NCBI GenBank assembly: GCA_013239625.1
Contig: MU054323.1
Span: 16,992,029-17,056,028 of the forward strand
Source: Lama guanicoe
Lineage: Eukaryota
Direction of reading: 5' to 3'
DNA length: 64,000 nucleotides
Shown here: in pieces, positions 52,978 through 64,000 of the stretch
How the letters are laid out: each line of letters begins with the position of its first letter
Position numbering within the stretch: position 1 is the first letter of the stretch
Notes under the pieces: model-generated
What the model was told of the DNA's origin: nothing
Database searches by the model: none
Seen by the model: the letters and a program-made list of their open reading frames with translations, nothing else
Position numbers and translations under genes: made by a program

Positions 52978-55900
52978 CTGACACAAAAGTAGAAACATGG
53001 TTTTAACAATTTTGACCCAAGTACTTAACAGAGTTCTCACATGGGAAACACCCATTCAAAACATCCATTACAATTCATAAAAGAAATGTGATTCCTGGTT
53101 AACGTTAAACATCCATTCATATCCAATTTAAATACAAACAACAAAAGTTTAAGAAAGTAATTCTATCTAACAAATTCCACTTAACTTGAAAATGTCTTTT
53201 TGGCAAATGCCAAATACAGTCACACTTTCAAATTTAAGGAAAGAATGGATACTTTTCAGAAAGTGAATGTACACAATGCTAGAGTTTGACACTGTACAGA
53301 AGTTTTTACCAATACATGTCTTTAAAACAAGCTTTAAGTGCAGTACTTTTGAAAGACAGTACCTGATGTATACTATTAGCTTCAACAGCAACACATTTTC
53401 AAAGTGGGCTTCTTTCAAGAAGTTCAGCATAAGCCAACAACAACCTGTATTACATGGTTTCACAATCAGTAAACACAGAGTATTTTGTATGTATATACAC
53501 ATATTTACAAACACCTAGTGACTTGAGAGCTGGAAATTTGCACATCACTGGCCCATATTGTATCATGATTGGTCATTGTCTATAGACCTTAATACCAGCC
53601 AAGACTAGGAGCACCCCCCGAAGTTTAAATATGCAAAGTTAACGCTAACCAAGGGGGCTACATTATTGGATGAGAGTACTACAATACTCCTAAAGGATAA
53701 TTTTTATGCTAGCTACTTTTTAAGGAAAGGCATGCCAATTTTCCCAAAACTGAGACATCAATAAAAAAAAAAAATTACTTGTAAGTTTCTAAAATAGCAC
53801 TTCCTATGTTAGTAAATTTAAAAATCATTGTATAATACTTTTGGAACTTTGTTGATCAAATTATAGTGTTCACTAAGACTTTTTTCATGTATCTTAAGAG
53901 TCTGGTCATTCTAATCTTTGAAAATTCAAAGAGAAAGGCTTTCTCTATATATCCTTAGTCACCTAAACAAATGAGGTTTATGGGAGATGAGAAATACTTT
54001 AATTTTCACTTCAGTCTACAGAAGTATCATTTTAATTACCTATTCCAAGTTATCACAGCACTGAAAAGGACCTAGGAGGTCATCTAGTTCAACTTTCACT
54101 GAGTATACAAATTATCTTTACATTCTCCCTGGGACTGTCGACTGGGACCATCTAGCCTCTGCTTACCCAACACCGATAAGACACTCACTACTTTCCCTTA
54201 CATTTTCAGTTAGTCTTAAATCATGAGAAAATTAATTTTTATATTGTACAGAAATTGAACCTCTTACATATATTCTACTCCATTTAGAGCCTCACAGTCT
54301 TTCTCATTACTCAGTCTTTCTCCAAAGATCCTTCTGAATGCTTAGAAGTTATGATCCTCCCTCCATTTCCCCAAAGTCATTTCTTGATCTTCAGTCTAAA
54401 CACTCAACAGTCTTTCCATTACATGGCTTTCAGCATCATCATTTAAGTCTCACTCCTCTTCAATCAATCCAGTCTGTTAATCCATTCTGCTAACATTCCT
54501 CTGCTTAAGCATGCCACCAAATGCTAAATTTAAGTCCTTATCTGAGCTAAGAACCTTAAACCAAAACCACCATAATATTTTCATGGCTTAGTTTTATTGA
54601 TACAGTTAACTGTGTGCTATAAAGGAAAGAACACTGGATTGGGAATCATAAGATTTCAACTTAACTACTAATTTGTTATATATCATAGAAGCAATCTTCA
54701 TTCATAAAACAAAGGAGTTAGAGTAGATGATCTCCAAGGTATCTCTCACCCAAACATTCTCAATTATTAATAATTCTTTTTATTGGAAGCATTCACTACC
54801 TAATATAAGGTGACATAAGAAGTGTGAGAGAGTCAAACACTGAATATATCAGTCTATAAATAGTGGTTTGTAACCTTTTCATGCATTCATCTGAAATCTG
54901 CTGGAAGTGTGGACCTTTTCTCCCCCACAAGATGCACATATACACAAGGTTTGCTTAACATTTCTGGAGGGATTCTCTGGAGTCCAGGCTAAGAAATCTT
55001 TGCACTAGAATGTAATTTGAGCTGAAAAGAACTTTTAAAAATGAGGTCTACAAAAGCACTCTTTTTCTTTTTGGTAGAAAAAATTACAATTCAATATCAA
55101 CTTGAAGCTGAAGTCACTACAAAAATAAAAACAAACTGCTATAGTCCTGTGAGACAAATATTTACCTGTAAGAAATTAGAAAACAAGAATTCTTTTCTCT
55201 CAAAAGCTTTTCTCTCAAAAGCAACTGAAATTCTGTTTTATCTCCTTTAATTATATTTCCCTATTTAAATATCTACCTTACATATTTCTAAACTTTTCTG
55301 ATTGTAATTCCTTATATGAAAATCTAATCTAAACTGGTTTTGTGTAAACTTTAGACTTTTTGAAAGAATCGATGTAAACACTATTAAAATAAGAAGTATG
55401 TCTATAAATGTTTTAAGAGACATAAAGAGAAATGGAACCAAAACTATTTCAAATGAGTTAAAAAAAAAAAAACTGCATGTTCAATAACCAACCGTAATTT
55501 GACAGAAGTGAGAGATTTCTCATCAACCACTTGTTCTGTTGTTTGAGTACTAAGGCTTTGTATTCCAACAGTGTATTCAACTATACCAAGCCTATGCCAA
55601 GCAGACTTCTGTGAGTAGTGAAAAACGTGGGGTCCAACCAAACCTGCTTTACCAAACAAACCTCTCTGCAACCCCATGCATAAGGCAAGATGATTTCCTG
55701 AGAATTGAGAATTAAAGGGGCCAATCAACCAAAAGTCTTAAATATCTGAACATGCAAAGGATCACTGCAATGTCTCATTTTTTTTCTTTTGGCAAGAGTA
55801 CATGCACTATGGAGTCTACTGCCACAAGATACTTTAAATGCCATAAAATTTTTTCCTAGTTTATTGACTTCTACAGACATACTCATCTTCGTGAGTTCTT

Positions 55901-57043
55901 CCAACACATGGTTCAAACACTGATATTGTAGTTGAGATGTAGCCAATACTGCAGCCCCCTTGTTTTTACAAGATCCACATTTTGATTTGTATATTCCAGA
56001 ATTGCCACACAGTCAGTTGAACAATTTTGTCAGTCAAACCTATGCTCACGAAATCTAGCATTTATAAGTTATAGGTGAAAATGCACCTCAAATGAAATGC
56101 TCTTATTTTCTGATCTATCAAGTTGAAATATATTCTACTTTGAACACGTTACTTTCACCTACATCTGAAATATCAAAATTTCTAGTTACATAATTAACAT
56201 AAGTGATAACCTTAAATTGTTACAAAAAGTGACAAATTATAAACAGCCACTTTACAAAAATCAAACCACACAGAAAATCGTCTTTTACATATAACGCACC
56301 TTTTTCATTATTATGTTACTCTACTCAACGTCCACAATTGAGAAAACAAAAAACAAAAAAAAGTAAACTTAAGTGCAGCAAGTGTGCACCTTTCTAATCT
56401 TTTTATCTTTAATATCTGTGTGGATTGGTTAAGCATTATAATTCCCGAGACCTGTAGATAAAGTGGCCCTGGTTATTTGTCAATTAACAATTTGAATCTA
56501 AGCTACAAACAGTTACAGTAATGGGAATTAAGATTTACAACATTGTAGATAAAATCTAGCATCCATTAATGAAAAGTTTTAAATTCTACAACTGAAACCT
56601 TAAGGGAAATCAAACCAATATATACATACAACTTGAATAAATGGGCACAGTCTATCATGGTATTCATCCCATGCAAGTCTGAAGTACTGTTAAGTGTCCT
56701 CCTTTAAAAACTTGGGGTGATGGTGCATGCAGTATGCAGTCAAGGTGAATTGCAAGTCTGAGTTTTTCAGAGGGCTTTTTGCTGATGCCGATGTTGTGCA
56801 TGATGAAGTGTAGAGTCAGCCTGCTGGAGTCCTCTATCCTTCTTAATGCCTCGTCCAGCTTGGGGGAAAAGTCCTTTCCTTGGAGAAGCAGTGTGCAAGT
56901 CTGCAGTTTTTAAGGAATATTCTGAATCAGTTTCCTCTCCTCCAAAGAGAGAGAGCTGCTTGGAGAAATGCAAGTCCTTGAACTGCGGGCGTGCCTGTAT
57001 GTGTGGGCTCCTTGTTGAACTAAATATAAATAACTCATTACAT

Positions 57044-57060
57044 ACCAGTAGGGGGCACTA
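57044..57060 (+). promoter_or_regulatory. CTCF-like motif in HNRNPLL intron 6
   Basis: ACCAGTAGGGGGCACTA matches CCASYAGRKGGCRSY. Confidence 0.5.
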
Positions 57061-57222
57061 ATGTTCAAGGTTCTTTTCCAGCATTACAAGGCCTTTTGCA
57101 ACAAAAGCTTCACCAGCAAGGTTTTCATTTGAATGAACTAGCTCATAGAAAAAAGGAATCTAACCACATGTAAAAATTTGTCAGCAGATGTAAGTACATT
57201 CTAAAATGCATAGAATACTTAC

Positions 57223-57295
57223 CTCGTCTTCCCAAATATGGTTTAGTGTAGTCCCAACTGTCATTGTCATTCCTAATAACATTGAGACGAGTTGG
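57223..57295 (-). CDS. HNRNPLL: HNRNPLL coding exon 6
   Basis: PTRLNVIRNDNDSWDYTKPYLGRR; aacag acceptor, G|gtaagt donor; 73 nt. Confidence 0.96.
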
Positions 57296-57381
57296 CTGTT
57301 AAGATTAAAAAGAAAGTAAGTTCAAATTGTATATCCAAAGCGTAAAAATTTCTTTGGCGAGTGTTCAAAAAAAATATTTAC

Positions 57382-57478
57382 CCGTGCATATTCAATTTTT
57401 AGTGTGCAACATCCAGCATATATATCTGCTCCATTAAGTGCTGCTTTAGCTTTCTGGGCACAAAGGACTGATTCAAAC
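57382..57478 (-). CDS. HNRNPLL: HNRNPLL coding exon 5
   Basis: FESVLCAQKAKAALNGADIYAGCCTLKIEYAR; preceded by U12 branch site TTCCTTAAT and terminal AT; donor CGG|gtaaat; 97 nt. Confidence 0.95.
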
Positions 57479-58598
57479 ATAAACTCTATTAAGGAAATTT
57501 GGTTTAAGGTGTTCAGTATTTATCTCTATTCTCTCCCTAAGAAATGGACTGAAAAAAATCAGAAATAACTCTCTCATTTCTGGAAGTACTTTGCCAAATA
57601 AAATTTATAGATGAATTTTAGTAGGAGAATTTATTCTTAAGATCAAGGGTACCAAAGAAACCTTAATACAACCAAACTGTATACATTTATCCTTCTAGGT
57701 CATCAGAAGTACTTTATAAATTGGGGGTGGGGGAGGATGGAGCATGGTCCCATTCCCTAGCAAAGGCCAGCTCGCTATCTTGAAACAGGAAATATTTTAC
57801 ACCTAAAGTAGGAAGAACATTACAAAGAATCAATATAACACAAAACAAATATTTGATTTTTCATACATTTCTGAGAAGGGAGGTTTATAATCATTTTCTT
57901 AATTTTATTGGTTTTAAAAAATTACTTAAGTCTCTAATTGTTTAAAAAAAAAATCTACAAAAGTGGTTTAAAAAAAAAAAAAAAGCAGAAATACCTTGCC
58001 AGAACTAAGCACCATTAAGAGGCTGCTGTTTATCCCTCCCTACCTTTTTCTATGAATACATACAGGTTAGGGGTCTTTTTTAAATTATTTTTAAAACGGA
58101 ATTACACTATATGTACTATTTTGCAACTTGCTCTTTTTACTCAATATATAACAAATTTAACATAGAGAAGTAAGTCATACATAAACCATGACCGTCATTA
58201 AAAAAATTTAAGGAAGAAAGTCAAGAAAGGTTCTATCAACTCCATTGTTTTGATACTTCCAAACTAATTTTAAAGAGAGATTCAGAAGATCCATTCAGGG
58301 TAAATTTCAAAAATGTACAAGTATACATATTATCAAATAGTGTTTTTCCTCCCCATTAAAAAAGCAAGGCACACTAAAATCAAGCACTGGATTGTTTTAT
58401 AGCAGCAAGTTATTTTATGAAAAATAGTAAAATTCTCTATGGGCACTGCAGTTTCATTTTTTAAATCTAAGATAAATAGATGTGGGAAGCAGTGGGGGAG
58501 AATAAACAACACTTCTCTAGAAATGATTAAGCAGGAAAAAATAATCTATATTACACAGCATTCACACCCATCTATAAAAAATTCCAAATAAAGGATAT
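57479..58598 (-). other. HNRNPLL: U12-type (minor spliceosome) intron 4 of HNRNPLL with AT-AT termini
   Basis: 5' splice site ATATCCTTT is the U12 consensus; branch TTCCTTAAT lies about 10 nt from the 3' end; the reading frame requires the intron to end ...tttAT|G TTT GAA. Confidence 0.9.
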
Positions 58599-58684
58599 TC
58601 AACCATTGCTTGTATCCCATTTCTCTTGAATATAACAATACGTTGCACTTTTCCAACAGGGTTGCATACAGTATATAAAACATC
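58599..58684 (-). CDS. HNRNPLL: HNRNPLL coding exon 4
   Basis: DVLYTVCNPVGKVQRIVIFKRNGIQAMVE; acceptor ttgtag; followed by U12-type donor ATATCCTTT; 86 nt. Confidence 0.96.
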
Positions 58685-60117
58685 CTACAAAGGAAAGAAA
58701 GTAAGACTTCATCATATTTTATGTTTAGAAAAATAATACAGGTATACTGTTTTACTTTACTAAAAATAAAACTGTCAAGATATCATTTCTATTAAGTACT
58801 AATTAGATTTTTAAAAATTGTTACTTTAGTAACTCTAAAGTTATTTCCTCACCTACACAATATATCCACATTAGAGAAGTTCCAATGAAATATTTGAAAA
58901 GCATTATTACTTTTTTTATCTCCTAAATTAATCCTCAATTTGTACTTTCTTAACAGATGCGTAAAAGAATCTCTGACAATACACAATTAATAAACCAAAA
59001 CTATAATCAATTACTTTGTTTTTTCCAAATGTGCTTTTGAAATGTTTAATCTTATAACCACTTAAAGTAATAAATGTTTATTAAAAAGTAGTAGTAGAAC
59101 AACTCGGTATTTCTTTTTCAAGGACAATGGCTATAGAGGAAAGACTCAGGGAAGATCATTTATATAGTATTAAATTTCACTAACCAAGATGCCTCAATTA
59201 TCTGAGAATCTAAATACCCACTTAGGAACAATTCTTCAACTTTCAAATTTCTTGAGCACCTACAATTACCCAGCCACATCACTAGGTACTAAAGATACAG
59301 TAAACAAATCAGAGTACTCATAATACTTACATTCTTTTTCCTTAAACACCAAATACTGCAAATATATTACTATTTATCAGTAAGTCTATAAATATTATAA
59401 AAGTAAAGAGATATATAATGCCTAACTAAATTTAAATAGTGTCTTATGCTTTGTTTTGTGTCCCAGTATCACGTACCCTTACTAGCAACTGTACTAAGTG
59501 AAGCTCCATTTACTGTGATTTCATTACAAAAATCAAGTGTCTTTGTCACTAGTTTATTATTAAACAGCATGTGATTATTATGAAGTAGAAAACTCAACTG
59601 GTTCAAGACATGAATCCTTTTAAAAACCCTATTAATATCACTTTTTGAAAGTGTGAAGAAAAGAATTTAAAGTAAATCGGATAGGTTTCTAACAAGCTAT
59701 CTCTAAACAGCTTATAACAATAGTTGCATCTTACTGTACTATGAGATTCTGTCATTACCTAATAGATGCTCTTAACACATGTGCTGGCATATAACTGAGA
59801 TATTTCTTGGATCATTTCCAACAAGTCTAATACTTTATTATTAGAAAGAGAGTTAACACTGATCTTAAACAATAAGATTTTTAAATGTGCTTATTAATAA
59901 TGACAACTGTGCTTCTGACCTTTTCATAGCTTCAGTGCTCATCATTTCTTTGTGCATTAAACTTGATAGCCAAAATTCAGATTAATTTTAACAATTCTTT
60001 TTTAAAAACCCACTCTTTTCAAATATCTAGATGGCTGTGAAGAAAACTACAGGTTATTCACACAAGGCAAATTTCAAAATCATTTTTAATTTACTTTGTC
60101 TTACTAAAAATACACAC

Positions 60118-60355
60118 CACCGTGATTGGATAAAGAGGATTCTGAATTGACAGCAGAAGAACTTTGTTGCCTCCTGACGGATCATCAGTATTTCCTGGCC
60201 GAGTGATCCTTTTGCTTGTAGAATAGTTGAAAAAAGCTTGCTGCCCAGCTATGTACACAGGTTCATCTGCAGCAAACGTCACACATTCTTTGGCACTGTC
60301 TACGTTCTCAAATTCCACTAGAGCCTGCCGTTTAAATGGCATCATCATCACATAG
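60118..60355 (-). CDS. HNRNPLL: HNRNPLL coding exon 3 (RRM1 end, RRM2 start); gene continues beyond the window end
   Basis: Encodes YVMMMPFKRQALVEFENVDSAKECVTFAADEPVYIAGQQAFFNYSTSKRITRPGNTDDPSGGNKVLLLSIQNPLYPITV; acceptor ttcag, donor GTG|gtgtgt; 238 nt. Confidence 0.97.
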
Positions 60356-60962
60356 CTGAAAGGCAGATGGGGAAAGAATACCCTAATATAGCAAGTTCAA
60401 TTAACACTATTTTTCTCAGTCAAGTAAAAGAAGACTTTAATAAAAATGTGTCAAATCATACAGATCAGTAGTCTTCACAACCTATATCCAATGTTAGTCA
60501 GCTCTTAAATCATCCAAATAAAATGTGGTATACCAGGTAGATGGTGCATATTTGAAAGCTCCTCCTCCTATGAGTGAAAGCTTTTATCTACCTCATAACT
60601 CTCAAGTGCAATTCTGTTATCAGTTACTAATAACGCCATCCAGTTTATTCCTCAGTATGCCAACTCCAAGCAGTATTAGAAAATATCTAGATAAAGAAAT
60701 CAATAGATAAACCGTAACAGAAGGTAAACTGTCTCTACTGAATTTTCCAAATAAGTGTCATAGGAAGAAATGACTACACTTTCATTTATCTCACTAAAAA
60801 TAGAGAACCAAAAGATAAAAAGAACTACAAACAGATCAAATTTCATATAATAATCTCCTCTAAAATTCTTAAATATTTTTAAATATTGAAGAATCCATAA
60901 AAAGATATTCACCTCAATATGGTAATCATGGATGCCTATGGGTAAGAGGATGAAGTATTTAC

Positions 60963-61085
60963 CTTTTGGGGGGAGGTAATTAGGCTTTTATTTATTTATT
61001 TATTTTAATGGAGGTACTGGAGATTGAACCTAAGACCTAGTCCATGCTAAGCACGCACTCTACCACTGAGCCATACCCTCCCCCG
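60963..61085 (-). mobile_element. tRNA-derived SINE (Vic-1-like), HNRNPLL intron 2
   Basis: Same consensus; TSD tgaagtatttac at 60951-60962 and 61087-61098. Confidence 0.85.
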
Positions 61086-63088
61086 CTGAAGTATTTACTT
61101 TTCATTGTATACTCCTTGGGAAGGAGAATATATTTTAATACATGAAATGAAAAAGAAATGGAGGGAAGAGAGAAATGAGAACACATAGATCAGAACAAGG
61201 AAACAACATGTTCCCTATTCACAGGAACAAGGACGTCAAAAAGACTTTAAAATACAATTAACATGCTTTTGATAATAGCAGAAGGCCAGAGAAACAACAT
61301 CAGGCCAGGTACTCAGTGACAGCACTGCCTCTCAGTCAGGCATCCAGGACCTACCTCTACACTTCAAAAACTAGCAAGTAGTTTCTTAATAAGAAATAGA
61401 CTACTTCGTAACCTGGCAAATGATGTAATTTCTTATGAATTTCAGTTTCCTCCTTTACACAACTCGGAGGACTGCTGTCAAGATTATAGTTTCTGCATAC
61501 AAATTGCTTGCCTTGCCTCATTCATCTTTATATCCTCAGAATCTAGAAACGGAGCCTGGCACATGACAGGTATTCAATCAATATTTGCTGGTCTATGAGG
61601 CTTGTTAGCTCTCTCAACCCACATTATTCAAAATTAAAGAAGAAACAGAAATAATAAAGCCTGGGATTAAAGGTTTACCAACTATAAATGCAACATATAA
61701 ATTCCAAGAGAGAAGCATTCCTTTTAGAAATGCAGACTCCTAGCTGAAGTTCTAAAGTCTTGCATGCAAAAATACAGAAACCCCTGGAATCAGGTCTATG
61801 CTAAAAGAAATTAAATAATAATATTCTCCTCTCACAAATATAAGTTGGTTTAATAACTAAATGATATCCCAAGTAAGTATGTTAATAATGCCCTTTGGCT
61901 CTTTGGAAGCAGAAAAATTATAAAGGCTCAAAAACAAATTCTTTATTGGCCTATTATAATAGACTTATCTGTTCATAGTAAAAACTGCTTTCCATAATTA
62001 TAATATGGAGCTAGAAGCACAGACTTAAAAGTTAAATACGTTATTCAGGAAAAGTGGCACCACATGAAGACAGAAAGGAAAATTAAAAGGTTACAGTTAT
62101 TTTAGAATGTACTTAAATTGTGTGGCACATAATTTTTAAAAAAATCTTTAAAAAGCATTAATATGATAAAGACCAAAACACCAAAGAGAAAAAAAATAAA
62201 CAAAAAGACTAAGGAACACGGTAGGATAGGTGCTTTCCACTTATAGCTTGAAACATGTTTACTAATTTTTAAATAAAAACAGGAGGAAGCAAGAGATTCA
62301 CTATACAAATTAGGTCCCCAAAGTTTTGTTTTAAAATTTAAACTGGTATAGCTAATCACTACCTAGCATCCTCTCCTTTAATGAGAGGGGAAAAGGGAGG
62401 AAAAGATATCTTTAATATCTTTAAATATTCTTTTGATTATAATACACAGAATAAAGACCAAAAAATAGCAATTTTATTAGCCTGATAACAACCATTCTCA
62501 ACATCCTGTTATAGTTTCTTAAACTCTTTCCTATGCATCTAGTTTTTAAGTATAAACTTACTATATATTGAACTTGGTGACACACCTTTTTAATATTAGC
62601 AGTTTTCTATATAATCTTTATACTCCCCCTCAAATCAACAAAAAAAAAAAAAATAAGGAAAGGTTCTGTATACAAATGCAACATTTTGAAGTAAAACACC
62701 TACTCCTCATATGAGGCTGCCCAAGGTTCCTTCAGCTTTAGTAACAGCCACCTCTTAAGATCATTTCACATAATTAAAACTCCTATTAAACATATTTATG
62801 CCAATTAAGCTCTTAATTATACACTAATTTGTTCCAATTACTTTAAGACTTTTCTATCCACATAACTACCAATCTTGAGGGCAAAAGGATGTACTACGCA
62901 AATTAACTGAGTAACATTCATATATGGAACACATTACTGTGGACTAAATATCAAACAGTATAGAGTCTAAAACTGGATAGGCCACTCAAAAGTAATTCAA
63001 ATTACTAATTTAAACAAATAGTTCTATTTCTTTAATCTCCAGCATTCAGATCATGGTCATAATTAACATCAAAATATCAGTAGATAGT

Positions 63089-63230
63089 TGGGAGGATATA
63101 GCTCAAGTGGTAGAGTGTATGCTCAGCATGCAGAAAGTCCCAGGTTCAACTCCCAGTACCTCCTTAAAAAATAAACAAATAAATCTAATCACCTCCTCCC
63201 ACGCATACACAAAAAAAGAAAGAAACAAAC
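63089..63230 (+). mobile_element. tRNA-derived SINE (Vic-1-like), HNRNPLL intron 2
   Basis: ggatatagctcaagtggtagag...caggttcaactcc; TSD aaaatatcagtag / aaaatatcaatag. Confidence 0.85.
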
Positions 63231-64000
63231 AAAATATCAATAGTTATTATTTCCATAAACTGTATTTGTTCATCATCTTGTTTTTGACATTGCTTTAGTA
63301 TTTCTTGGCTATAAGAAAGTAACTTAAAAAGCCCTAAATAAATAAGAACAGAAGAAAAATAATCCAGAGATAACCATCTCTTTACTCTCCATGGGACAAT
63401 GAATGCAACAGTTTATAGTGACTGGAGCTAGTCTAATGCCAACATGCAAGTCTAAATATGGTCTAAGAAGTCTGCTTCAAAACTGTGTAACTCTCCAGAC
63501 AAACTTCCAATATCAGCTCCAAATGACTAAGAAGTGATAGTCATCTTGGTGATACTTCAAGAAACGGGCTTTTTTATGCCCGTGTGGATTTCTAATTTGT
63601 ACTTCCAAGGATGATTAGTATGTTAACAGTGGTTTCTGAGGTACGTAAGTTGAGGGAACAGGTTTGCTAAGTCATCTACTTCTTAATAAGGTCACCAAAG
63701 AAATTAATAAAAAAGATGCCATGAGGGAAGGTGTCCCCTAACACTACTAGTACCCTTTGAAGCAACGATTCCTCTCTGTTGAACATCTCTGATTACTCCC
63801 TCACCAACTATTTATGCACCATCCTTTCAATACTCAAAACTCCATACATTTCTATAAAATTGAAGCAATCAAGTTATCTCAGTAAACATACTGAAATTTC
63901 TCTCCTATTTATATATTATGACTTAGTCTGTATCTCTGCTATCTATAACAAAAATCCCGTATCTATCAATGGGGAAAAAAAAAACAAACCCTCTAGATTA

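Overview
Mammalian genomic DNA, probably camelid, judged from seven copies of a Vic-1-like tRNA-derived SINE. The right third holds coding exons 3-13 of HNRNPLL on the minus strand (40779-60355; exons 1-2 lie beyond the window). All 11 exons join in frame, and intron 4 is a minor-spliceosome (U12) intron with rare AT-AT termini. Introns 6 and 7 contain candidate poison or cryptic exons. The left two-thirds is intergenic and repeat-rich (L1, MLT1, MIR, MER5A, Tigger), with a CIDEC processed pseudogene beside an orphan CpG island that carries a strong CTCF motif. The most unusual object is a ~2.5 kb composite retro-cassette (18068-20559). It contains two ANP32E mRNA pieces in permuted order separated by an ERV-leader-like segment, fused head-to-head with a full-length YARS2 retrocopy, and is bounded by inverted ~55-bp LTR-start-like repeats with no poly(A). 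Gene and repeat identities come from my recall of the families, not from database searches. Repeat boundaries are approximate.
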